Positions 1 to 7,746 of a DNA stretch of 13,080 nt are shown here, piece after piece (within the stretch, counting starts at the first letter, position 1; every line of letters starts with the position of its first letter). This DNA comes from Conexivisphaerales archaeon (GTDB lineage: Archaea; Thermoproteota; Nitrososphaeria; Conexivisphaerales; DTJL01): positions 1-13,080 of the forward strand of contig JBEKZX010000040.1 in the NCBI GenBank assembly GCA_049509455.1, written 5' to 3'. Both the position numbers and the translations under genes were made by a program. Under the pieces are notes generated by a model. That model did not search any database and was not told the origin of the DNA. It was given only the letters and a program-made list of their open reading frames with translations.

Positions 1-159
1 TATGCTCTCCACGCCTCACGCGCCGGAGCGAATCGCCGCCGTCCGCCGCAGGAAGACTGCATTCTGGTTCCCTCTGAAGCTAATCCCATCTTTTCCAGTA
101 GCAACAGATATCCGAAAGTACCCATGAAAGCGCGATTCGCGTTTGTCTAAGCTACAGGT

Positions 160-176
160 TGGGCAAACTTAAAAAC
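160..176 (+). promoter_or_regulatory. Putative archaeal BRE/TATA promoter of the rps2 operon
   Basis: GGCAAA-CTTAAAAA (TATA-like box at about 168-175) in GC-rich context, about 50 nt upstream of the proposed TTG start at 224. Predicted TSS about 195-200. Confidence 0.55.
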
Positions 177-223
177 CCGCCACTTGAATGGCTAGGTGCG
201 TAAAGGTATTCGGTGGAATTCGC

Positions 224-895
224 TTGTCCGAACCAGACATCAATGTAGATGATGAGGAGGGAAGCAGCGACAAGCTCATCACTACACAGCTGTCCGAGAA
301 GACCCTGATTTCGACCGGCATCCGCATAGGAACGACGGTCAAGACGAAATACATGGAGGGATACATAGCGCGGAGCAGGCCCGACGGTCTTCATCTGATA
401 GACCTCAACAAGACCCTGAACAGAATCGAAGTGGCGGGGAAGTTCATTGCCCGCTTCCCGCCTAACAGGGTCGTCATTTACACATCAAGGGACTTCGGGA
501 GGGTCCCCATCGAAAAGTTCTGTGAAGCCACCGGCTGCATCTCTATCGTCGGCCGTTTCATGCCTGGAACCTTCACCAACCCCCAGCTGCCCTTCTACAG
601 GGATGCCGACCTCCTCCTGGTCGTTGACCCGGCACTGGACCATCAGGCTATAGTGGAAGCATCGGCTATCGGCTTTCCGGTGATTTCGGTGGCGGACACG
701 GACAACATCACCGAAAAGGTCGACGTGGTCATCCCTGCCAACAATAGAGGCAGGAAGGCGCTGGCGGCCGTGTTCTGGCTACTGGCCAGATCTGTAATGA
801 TTCACTCCGGAGCTCTCTCAGCTGAGCAGCCGATGAAGTACTCCATCGACGACTTCGAAACGAAGCTGGTGGAGGAAGAGGAGAGTGAAGGTTAG
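224..895 (+). CDS. rps2: 30S ribosomal protein S2 (uS2), archaeal type
   Basis: Motifs GIRIGT, YI...RPDGLHLID, GRFMPGTFTNP, DHQAIVEA, DTDN, IPANNRGRKALA. The ORF track starts at ATG 188, but TTG 224 has a GGTGGA SD 6 nt upstream and lies downstream of the predicted TSS, so 224 is preferred (223 aa). Confidence 0.95.
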   Translation: MSEPDINVDDEEGSSDKLITTQLSEKTLISTGIRIGTTVKTKYMEGYIARSRPDGLHLIDLNKTLNRIEVAGKFIARFPPNRVVIYTSRDFGRVPIEKFCEATGCISIVGRFMPGTFTNPQLPFYRDADLLLVVDPALDHQAIVEASAIGFPVISVADTDNITEKVDVVIPANNRGRKALAAVFWLLARSVMIHSGALSAEQPMKYSIDDFETKLVEEEESEG

Positions 896-1727
896 AAGGC
901 CCGCCGTCGCAGGGCAGTTCTATCCTTCTGATCCTTCCGAACTCAAGTCTGAGATTCGAGCAGCCTTTGAAGGCCCCCAGGGCCCTGGCAAGTTACCACC
1001 CGGGGTCTTCGATGGCGATGTAATAGCCACGGTGAACCCCCATGCTGGATACGAGTATTCGGGCGGGTTCGCGTCCCACTCCTTTTACGCCCTCTCATCG
1101 AAGAAGGGGGCGGACATCGCCGTTGTACTGGGACCCAACCATTACGGCCTGGGGAGCGGAGTCGCGGCCCCCGAAAGCGAGGCCTGGGATACGCCGCTGG
1201 GCAGGGTCGACGTGGACGTCAAAGCGGCCAGAAGACTCATGGTGGATTCACACCTCGTAGACTTGGACGACTCCTCCCACTGGAGGGAGCATAGCATCGA
1301 AGTACAGGTACCCTTTCTGCAGTTCGTCTTCGGCAGCGGGTTCAAGCTCCTCCCGGTCAGCATGGCCCTCCAAGACATCTCTACGGCCATCGACGTGGGA
1401 GACCAGGTCGCTCGGCTCTTGAGAGGCAGGAACTACATCCTCATCGCCTCCTCGGATTTTACTCACTACGAGCCGGCAGCCGACGCCGAAGCGAAGGACG
1501 AAGAGGCCATCGGGAGGATCTTGGACTTCGATGTGCCAGGACTCTACCGGATCATAGAGAGGCGCAACCTGACCATGTGTGGATACGGGCCCATTGCGGC
1601 AGTCATGACAGCCGCCAAGCAGCTGGGGGCCGACAAGGCCAAGCTCCTCAGATATGGGTCCAGTGGGGACGTCACGGGTGACTTCTCGTCCGTCGTCGGG
1701 TACGCGTCCATCGCGTTTTACAGGTGA
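885..1727 (+). CDS. amrB: MEMO1-family protein (AmmeMemoRadiSam system protein B)
   Basis: Motifs RRPAVAGQFYP, PHAGYEYSG, LGPNH, EHSIEVQVPFLQ, SSDFTHY, MCGYGP. GTG start overlaps the rps2 stop. The rps2-MEMO-mvk order is known in archaea. Confidence 0.9.
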   Translation: MKVRRPAVAGQFYPSDPSELKSEIRAAFEGPQGPGKLPPGVFDGDVIATVNPHAGYEYSGGFASHSFYALSSKKGADIAVVLGPNHYGLGSGVAAPESEAWDTPLGRVDVDVKAARRLMVDSHLVDLDDSSHWREHSIEVQVPFLQFVFGSGFKLLPVSMALQDISTAIDVGDQVARLLRGRNYILIASSDFTHYEPAADAEAKDEEAIGRILDFDVPGLYRIIERRNLTMCGYGPIAAVMTAAKQLGADKAKLLRYGSSGDVTGDFSSVVGYASIAFYR

Positions 1728-1733
1728 GTCGGC

Positions 1734-2666
1734 CTGACGTTTCACGGCAAGGCCCCGTGGAAGGTCATCCTCCTAGGCGAGCACTTCGTGGTGCACGGGA
1801 ACCCTGCCCTGGCCGCTGCCCTAGACCGGGGCGTTGAAGCCGAGGCCATCAGCTGCCCCGATGATATCGTCGTTTCGAAGGACTTGGGCCTTGAATGCCG
1901 CGTCAGGGAGCCCTCCGGGCAGCTTAAGCCGGTCGCCGCGGCCCTGCAGAAGCTGCTGGACGACCGGAGCTTGAACGGCGTCAAGGTGACCATAAAGAGT
2001 TCCTTACCTGTGTCAGCCGGCCTGGGTTCCTCCGCCGCCTCTTCGGTGGCCGCGCTGGCCGCCGTGGGCGCCTTCTTCGGCGTGACCGTGAGCCACGACA
2101 CCCTCTTCGACTACGGAATGATATCGGAGAAGCTGGTGCACGGCAACCCTTCGGGAGTCGACGTGTACGTCGCCGTCCACGGCGGCCTCGTGTACTTCAA
2201 GGGTCGTAGGAGGAAGAGCGTGCCTCTCACTCAGCGCTTCCCCATAATGGTCTCTTGCACGGGCATCGAGCGTAACACAGGGGAGCTGGTCTCTCGCGTA
2301 GCCAAGTTCAAGGAGTCGTCGCCGGCTCTTTACAGGACCCTAGCCAAAGCTTCGGAGAAGCTCGTGGAGGACTGCATGAAGGCGCTCGAGAAGGGCGATC
2401 CAGGCGTCCTCCCTCCTTCGATGAACTTCCATCAACAGGCGTTGAAGTCGATGGGAGTCTCCTCTCCCGAGCTGGACTCCCTAGTCAAGGAAGCGAGGCT
2501 GGCCGGTTTTGTGGGTGCCAAGCTGACGGGCAGCGGCTGCATAATCGGATGGCCAGGGACCGCACGCTTCGAGGATTCGTTCGAAGGATTCAACGCCAAA
2601 CACCCAAATAGCTTCATGAGCTACATACCTTCGGAAGGCGTGACCACTTGGGAGACACCGTCGTAG
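1734..2666 (+). CDS. mvk: Mevalonate kinase (resident copy, possibly impaired)
   Basis: GHMP motifs K-V-ILLGEHFVVHG, LPVSAGLGSSAA, HGNPSGVD, GVSSPELD, GAKLTG. The reading frame extends upstream of the tracked ORF (1788) to CTG 1734, with a GGTGA SD at 1723-1727, giving MTFHGKAPWKVILLGEH (310 aa). APWK replaces the usual APGK, and the C-terminal Gly loop is shortened to KLTGSGC. Confidence 0.88.
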   Translation: MTFHGKAPWKVILLGEHFVVHGNPALAAALDRGVEAEAISCPDDIVVSKDLGLECRVREPSGQLKPVAAALQKLLDDRSLNGVKVTIKSSLPVSAGLGSSAASSVAALAAVGAFFGVTVSHDTLFDYGMISEKLVHGNPSGVDVYVAVHGGLVYFKGRRRKSVPLTQRFPIMVSCTGIERNTGELVSRVAKFKESSPALYRTLAKASEKLVEDCMKALEKGDPGVLPPSMNFHQQALKSMGVSSPELDSLVKEARLAGFVGAKLTGSGCIIGWPGTARFEDSFEGFNAKHPNSFMSYIPSEGVTTWETPS

Positions 2667-2841
2667 TCAAGCTGGGCGGCTCGTTCATCATGGAGAAGGA
2701 CGGGCTCTTCACCTTCAGAGAGAAGGAAGTCAAGGAGGCGGTTCCTGCCATGAAGGGCACGGGATGTGACTTCGCCATCATCCATGGCGGCGGCTCCTTT
2801 GGGCACCCCGTTGCCAAGAGGTTCGGCCTTTCGGGGGGCAC
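2458..2841 (+). repeat. Diverged direct repeat, copy A (mvk 3' end plus ipk 5' end)
   Basis: Aligns to 7949-8341. Hand count gives about 62 mismatches over 384 aligned nt plus a 9-nt gap. The last 41 nt (2801-2841 = 8301-8341) are identical. Confidence 0.95.
2648..2841 (+). pseudogene. ipk: Truncated 5' fragment of isopentenyl phosphate kinase
   Basis: MGDTVVVKLGGSF...IHGGGSFGHPVAKRFGLSGG matches the N-terminus of the full ipk at 8148. Homology stops at 2841, and the frame runs into antisense hutI DNA to a stop at 2878. Confidence 0.9.
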
Positions 2842-3600
2842 CACGCCAATAGTGTCCTTCCGCGCCAGCAGCGCGTAATCCTTCTTCGGCGTGGCTATTA
2901 TGTGGTCCGCGGAGACGGCCCCGACCTCGGCAGCTGGCTTCGCCCAGCCGAGCGGGACGACTTCGTCCGCGTGAACCTTTCAACCCGAAGCCCAGCTTCT
3001 TGGCAGCCAGAATAGTGCGCTTCGATTGCGCGACGTCCAAGACCCCCTTCTCGCAGAACACGTTGCAGTATCTAGCAATGCCCGCGTCAGCAACCGCAGG
3101 CAGCATGTCTTCGAAAATGTGGTTAGTGTAATCTTTGGCGTTTTCGAATTCTGGCTAGACTTCGTGAGCCCCCAGGAACGTCGGGACCATGTCGACGCCC
3201 AGCTTCCTTCCTATTTCTGCTGAAGCTTGGAGCATATTCAACTCTCCCTTGATCTCCAAGCAGTAGCCGCTCTTCGCCTCGATGGTAGTCGTTCCGCGGG
3301 TGAGCATCCTCCTTGCCGGCGCGAGCCCGCGAAGACAAGGTCCGTGTGAGCGTCCACGAAGCCCGGGACTACGGCTTTCCCTCCCGCATCGACGGTTTCA
3401 TAGGCCTTGAACTTGGGCGCCTCCAAGCCCTTGCCGGCGTAGAGGATTTTACCGCCCCTGATCACCAGCAGGCCATCTGCCGCAATTGCCGTGTCAGCCA
3501 TGGCCTTGCCTTTCCGCAGGTCGCCAGCCAGCATTGCCAATTGGCCGATGTTCTTCGCAACGAGGTCGCAATCTTGTGTTGGCTTTTGATCGCCGCTCAG
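2842..3600 (-). pseudogene. hutI: Imidazolonepropionase (HutI-like amidohydrolase) pseudogene
   Basis: Stitched translation: NIGQL...VDAGGKAVVPGFVDAHTDLVFAGSR / [internal deletion and frameshift near 3320] / RRMLTRGTTTIEAKSGY...PTFLGAHEV*(TAG 3157-3155)...NVFCEKG...GLK / [+1 frameshift at 2978-2980] / VHADE...GAVSADH...TIGV, cut at the 2842 junction. Probable CTG start at 3600 overlapping the upstream stop (CTGA). Confidence 0.88.
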
Positions 3601-3980
3601 GCCTTCTCGACTGTGCCTGCCTCCGCATTGATTTTCAGCTTGTCGCCAGTCTTTATCTCGGAGATATCAATTCTGTCAACACAGGGTATCCCGCCGAGGA
3701 TTACCCCAGTAGCTACGATGGTCTCCGTTTCCTTGTTGATGATGGCTTTCGGCGCCACCTTGTTCGCCGCCAATCCGTATATTACGTACGAGCCAACGGT
3801 CGAGCCCTTTCCGCAGGGGAAGACCAGTATCTTTCCCTTGACGCTCTTTCCCTCCAATTCGTGGCCTTTCTCGATGACGACGCCCGTCTTGGGGTTCACG
3901 CAGCCATAGAATCCTAGCGGTTCCTTCGAGACGAGCGCCTCGCCCTCGACCTTACCGGGATAGATTGACCTTCCCTTCAT
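3597..3980 (-). CDS. Phosphomevalonate dehydratase small subunit (AcnX swivel domain, DUF126 family)
   Basis: MKGRSIYPGKVEGEALVS...LGFYGCVNPKTG...GHEL.GKSVKGKILVFPCGKGSTVGSYVIY...ETIVATG. True start ATG 3980 (ATGA overlap with the large-subunit stop, GGAGGTGA SD), 127 aa. The tracked ORF from 4124 is over-extended. Confidence 0.9.
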   Translation of the reverse strand: MKGRSIYPGKVEGEALVSKEPLGFYGCVNPKTGVVIEKGHELEGKSVKGKILVFPCGKGSTVGSYVIYGLAANKVAPKAIINKETETIVATGVILGGIPCVDRIDISEIKTGDKLKINAEAGTVEKA

Positions 3981-5164
3981 TCCGTCACCTCCTTCACTAG
4001 GTCGTCGACGCTCTTGAACATCACGCTCTGCTTGCAGAAGCCAGGCAGATAGTTCGCGGCCTTTCCGGAGTTCACGCCTGTCGTCTGATAGCCCATGTCC
4101 TCGATGGGCGATACGACCATGCATGTATCAGCAACGACCTTACCTCCGGCTTTCTCTATGGTATGAACAAGACCCATCCTGGCGGCGCAATCCTTCGTCA
4201 TCCTCGATGTGCATATCCACAGCTGCTTCTTGACCTTCCGGCCCTTCAGCTTCTCAGCCAATTCGGTTATCTCGCGCAAGGACGCGTGCGGGCAACCGAG
4301 TATGACGATGTCGGCAACCTTTCCGGTGTTCAGCTTGGCATAGGTCTCTTCCAGTTCTTTTTGGCCGATTTCGACCTTTTCCAGCCCGGCAGTCTCCCAG
4401 AGGTGTGCTTCGGGGGTCTGGTCTTTTACATGGTACATCGCGACCGCTCCCGAGGCGGCCATCGCAGCCCCCAACGCCTTCAACTTGTCCGTGTCCGACT
4501 CCGGCAGCCCGACGAAATAGGGGTTCTTATTCCTCACGATCTTACCAACGTGGTAACCCAACGCACCGTAGTCCGCGCTAGATTTCAGCTCGGCTTTCAC
4601 GTCAATCAGAAAGTCCGGCTTCCGGTTCACGTCCAGGTGCAAACCGTAGTGGGGCGTGACCCCGCACAGAGCGGCAGCCAGTGCGCTCGGGCCGCCCTCG
4701 CGGTTCGTCCGCGCGCCGATGACGGAATTCGAGAATGCGATGGCGGAAGATTCTGACCAGGCTATGTGTTCCCGGTACCTCGGCAGGTTGCCAGCGAGGT
4801 AGGGCGTGCAGGTAGCGCTCGTCACGATGCCCATCTTCCCGAAAGCGTCCATGATGCGCGTTTGCTTCTCCGCGAACGCCTTGGGTATGCCCATGGCTTT
4901 CCAGTCGTCCATGTCCATGCCTGCGGGGTTGAGGAAGGTGACGACCTTCACTCTCGCACCCTTCTTTGCCAAGTCCTCTAGGAACTCCATGCCGGGGTCC
5001 TCGATGGACTTGTAGGACACGCCAGCCACCTGGACCGAGCCAACGGGCACCATCTTGTCTGCTTCATAGATGTCGCCGAGCCTAACGAGGAGGCGCAGCA
5101 TCCTCTCCAAGACTTCGCCGTGCTCCCCTGCCAGCGTCTTTTCCTCCTCCTTGGTCAGATACAT
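3977..5164 (-). CDS. Phosphomevalonate dehydratase large subunit (aconitase X catalytic domain, DUF521 family)
   Basis: MYLTKEEE..L.GE.G start, GVSYKSI, NPAG, TCTPY, WSESSA, RTNREGGPSALAAA, LGCPHAS, DTCMVV. The three Fe-S-ligand-type Cys motifs are present. ATG 5164 has a GGAGCTGA SD (395 aa). Confidence 0.9.
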   Translation of the reverse strand: MYLTKEEEKTLAGEHGEVLERMLRLLVRLGDIYEADKMVPVGSVQVAGVSYKSIEDPGMEFLEDLAKKGARVKVVTFLNPAGMDMDDWKAMGIPKAFAEKQTRIMDAFGKMGIVTSATCTPYLAGNLPRYREHIAWSESSAIAFSNSVIGARTNREGGPSALAAALCGVTPHYGLHLDVNRKPDFLIDVKAELKSSADYGALGYHVGKIVRNKNPYFVGLPESDTDKLKALGAAMAASGAVAMYHVKDQTPEAHLWETAGLEKVEIGQKELEETYAKLNTGKVADIVILGCPHASLREITELAEKLKGRKVKKQLWICTSRMTKDCAARMGLVHTIEKAGGKVVADTCMVVSPIEDMGYQTTGVNSGKAANYLPGFCKQSVMFKSVDDLVKEVTE

Positions 5165-5472
5165 TTTATCAGCTCCTTCCAACTCGCAACCAGTGGTTCT
5201 ATTTCATCCTTGCTTGCATTGTCCACGTGCACGCCGCCGACGGCGGCCACGGTCCGACCGTACTTCTTGCTCGCTGCCTCGGCCATCGGTTTCAGAACCA
5301 TATAGTCATGATGGTTGCCCGGCTTGACGACGCGCGCTTTCTTCCCAGGCTCCGTGACTACGGCAGTACCAACGTGGAGCCTCTCCCCACCGCCGAGGAT
5401 GTAGACCAAGTCCTCGCCGACCTTCTCCTTCCTCAGCCAGACCTTGCACTCCCCCTTACCGTAGGTATTCAT
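5155..5472 (-). CDS. lpdD: Small LpdD-like protein (putative prenylated-FMN chaperone of UbiD enzymes)
   Basis: 105 aa with the pattern G.DL...GG...HVG...HHD...GGVHVDNASKDEI, which matches my recollection of Lactiplantibacillus plantarum LpdD (GYDLL..TGG..PHIG...HKD...AGIHVNQITKAQI). It overlaps the ubiD stop (17 nt) and the dehydratase start (10 nt). The family call is from memory, not from a search. Confidence 0.65.
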   Translation of the reverse strand: MNTYGKGECKVWLRKEKVGEDLVYILGGGERLHVGTAVVTEPGKKARVVKPGNHHDYMVLKPMAEAASKKYGRTVAAVGGVHVDNASKDEIEPLVASWKELIKCI

Positions 5473-6769
5473 CGAGGTTCACGCTAGAATACTGGATCTT
5501 CTCGTATTCCTTTGGCCCGGCTTCAAAAGGCATCGTCGCGTCGATGCCGACCTTGGTTGTCAGCGCCTTCTTGCCAGAATGGTCCGCAGACGGGTCCAGT
5601 GAGGAGCCGGGCTCCTTCTCCTTAATGACGAGCCTCTTGTCACCCTGGAACCTCGTGGCGATTGCCCACTCGACGGCGTTCATATCGTAAATGTCAACAT
5701 CATCGTCGATTATCACGACGTGCTTCATCGATTTGTGGCCCCTGAAGGCAGCCTCGATGGCGTTTTTGCCGTCCTCTGGCTTCTCCTTCTCTATCTGGAC
5801 GATGCCGTGCAGCCATGAACCTCCTCCGATGGTGATGAGGACGTTCTTGCACTTGCAGACCTTGCTCACTTCATCGTAAATCGTGGGCTCCTTCGGCATG
5901 CCCATCAGTATCTTGTGCTCCAACCTGCCAGGCAGCAAGCATTGGTACATCGCGTCCTTCCTGTGAGTCAGGCAGTCGACGACGAATACCGGCTCCTTCC
6001 TCTCGAAGTCCCGCATCTCTGTCAGGTCGACGAATGGCCCCTCCTTGTCCACGTCTTTCGTGAGCCGCCCCTCGAGGACGAACTCCGACTCCGCCGGGAC
6101 TTCCAGGTCCTTCGTCACGCACTTGACCAGCTTCGTCTCGTCCAGGGCGTTGGCGATTGCCAGCTCGTCGACTCCCGGTGGCGGCCCGAGCGACGCCGCG
6201 ACCATCACTGGAACAGAGTTTCCGATGCATACCACCATTTCCAAATCCCCCTGCAGCTTATCGTAGGTCGTCCTGGTCTGGCGCCCGGGTACAAGCCTCG
6301 CCGTGAACTTGTTCTTGCCGTGGAACATCAGCCTATGGAAGGCCATGTTGCGCCCCGTTTCCGGGTCCTTTATGATTGAGCATGTCGCCGTCGCGTACGG
6401 CCCGCCATCCCCTGGAAGGTGCGTCAGCAGCGGCAGCATCGAGAGGTCGGGATCCTTGACGACGACTTCCTGGCATGGCCCCTCGCTCGCCACCTCCGGA
6501 GGCACTGGCCTGCGCAGAGCCTCTACGAGCCTGAGGAGCATCTTATCCTTTGTAGTGTCGAGCCCCTCAGCGATGATATCCCTCGATGAAGTGATGCCGC
6601 CGAAGACCGGGAATCTGCTGCCCTGGACCTTCTCGAAAATCGCGGGCTTCTCACCCATCGTGTTCAGGACGTTGCCCAGCTCGAACTGCGGGCTCACCTT
6701 CCTGCTTATCCTGGTCAGCTTTCCCTCCGACTCCAGCCTCTTGAGGAAACTCCTTAGATTCATATTCAC
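5456..6769 (-). CDS. UbiD-family prFMN-dependent decarboxylase, likely anhydromevalonate phosphate decarboxylase
   Basis: Motifs FHRL, ESEFVLEG, EGPFVD, GGGSWLH..VQI.K, AAFRGH.SMKHVVI.DDDVDI, VEWAIATRFQGD, GSSLDPS, KVGIDAT. The substrate call rests on co-location with mvk and both AcnX subunits. Start is GTG 6769 or ATG 6763. Confidence 0.88.
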   Translation of the reverse strand: MNMNLRSFLKRLESEGKLTRISRKVSPQFELGNVLNTMGEKPAIFEKVQGSRFPVFGGITSSRDIIAEGLDTTKDKMLLRLVEALRRPVPPEVASEGPCQEVVVKDPDLSMLPLLTHLPGDGGPYATATCSIIKDPETGRNMAFHRLMFHGKNKFTARLVPGRQTRTTYDKLQGDLEMVVCIGNSVPVMVAASLGPPPGVDELAIANALDETKLVKCVTKDLEVPAESEFVLEGRLTKDVDKEGPFVDLTEMRDFERKEPVFVVDCLTHRKDAMYQCLLPGRLEHKILMGMPKEPTIYDEVSKVCKCKNVLITIGGGSWLHGIVQIEKEKPEDGKNAIEAAFRGHKSMKHVVIIDDDVDIYDMNAVEWAIATRFQGDKRLVIKEKEPGSSLDPSADHSGKKALTTKVGIDATMPFEAGPKEYEKIQYSSVNLDEYLR

Positions 6770-7746
6770 ACCCCTATCGTCGTCTTCAAAGCCTTGAATC
6801 CTGCCTTCTCCATCGCTGCGGCGACCTTCTCCTGGGTCGCCTTCTCCGGCGTCAGCGCCACCATGTATCCACCGAGCCCACCGCCGGTCATCTTCGCCCC
6901 CGCGGCCCCGTTCTTCCGCGCTATCCCGACGAGCTCGTCCAGCATCGGATGCGAGACCTCAATCTGCTGCAGAAGGTAGTGGTTCTCGTCCATCAGCCGC
7001 CCAACCTCAGCGACGTCGTACCTGTCGAGCGCTGCACGCGCCTTGCCCGCCAGCTCGCGGGCCTTCGCGAAGATAGCCTCGTATTTCTCGGGCTGCCCGG
7101 CCTTGCGCTTCCTCACACCAGCAACTGCGGCCTCGGTGTTCGTTGTCAGAAGGGTATTGCCCATGACGATGCGCAACGGCTCCTTGATCTTCAGCTGCTC
7201 CATCGTATTCGGCCCTCCCTGGAGGTTCTTGACAAACCATAGAAGGCCGCCGTAGGTCGAAGCGGTGTTGTCTATGCCAGAAGGCGTCCCAGCGTAGGCG
7301 CTGTCGCCGATGAATGCTATCTCGTTGATTTTCTTATCGTCGAAATCGAGTTTGAACTCTTCGTTTAGGGCTCTCGCCACTGAAACGCAAACAGCGGCGC
7401 TCGCCCCCACCCCGCCGACGGCGATGAGGTCGCCCCCCAGAAGAATCTTAAGAGGATTCTTCCTCGGGTCGACGCCCGCAGCCTGGAACACCAATTCTAT
7501 TGACTTCTTCTGCTGAGGGAACTTCTCCGCCTTGTAGCCCGGATTCGCGGGCCTTTCATCTTCCATCACCCACCCATCGCCTGCCATGGAGCCCTCCTTG
7601 CCCGAAGGAGCTGGTAGCTGTCCTTTCACGCGCTCAACGGTAGCCACGGTAGTCGAGTTTATGGCTGAGGCGACGGACGGTATGCCGTAGACCACGAAAT
7701 GCTCGTTGAACAAGATGACCTTGCCGTATCCAGAGCCTTTACCCAC
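6766..7746 (-). CDS. mvk: Second mevalonate kinase, divergent (trypanosomatid-like motifs)
   Basis: GYGKVILFNEHFVVYG, DERPANPGY, GGVGASAA, GTPSGIDNTASTYGGL, VSHPMLDELV, GAKMTGGGLGG. GTG start with GGAGGGG SD. Clearly different in sequence from the resident mvk. Confidence 0.85.
   Translation of the reverse strand: MGKGSGYGKVILFNEHFVVYGIPSVASAINSTTVATVERVKGQLPAPSGKEGSMAGDGWVMEDERPANPGYKAEKFPQQKKSIELVFQAAGVDPRKNPLKILLGGDLIAVGGVGASAAVCVSVARALNEEFKLDFDDKKINEIAFIGDSAYAGTPSGIDNTASTYGGLLWFVKNLQGGPNTMEQLKIKEPLRIVMGNTLLTTNTEAAVAGVRKRKAGQPEKYEAIFAKARELAGKARAALDRYDVAEVGRLMDENHYLLQQIEVSHPMLDELVGIARKNGAAGAKMTGGGLGGYMVALTPEKATQEKVAAAMEKAGFKALKTTIGV

Noticed and set aside
128-144. Near-palindrome AAGCGCGA-T-TCGCGTTT upstream of the rps2 TATA box
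   Set aside because: Single short GC-rich dyad with no second copy in the window. It could be a regulator site but is indistinguishable from chance.
1-150. Possible gene start on the minus strand at the window edge
   Set aside because: Short open frames with no recognisable motif; cannot be supported.
2621-3540. Tracked ORFs 2621-3106, 3123-3338, 3238-3540 and 3026-3223 as separate genes
   Set aside because: The minus-strand ORFs are pieces or off-frame read-through of one hutI pseudogene, and the plus-strand ORF is its antisense shadow.
3313-7516. Plus-strand ORFs of 60-200 aa across the cassette (e.g. 3313-3909, 4163-4756, 5915-6379, 6303-6797)
   Set aside because: Antisense shadows of well-supported minus-strand genes, common in GC-rich DNA, with no motifs.
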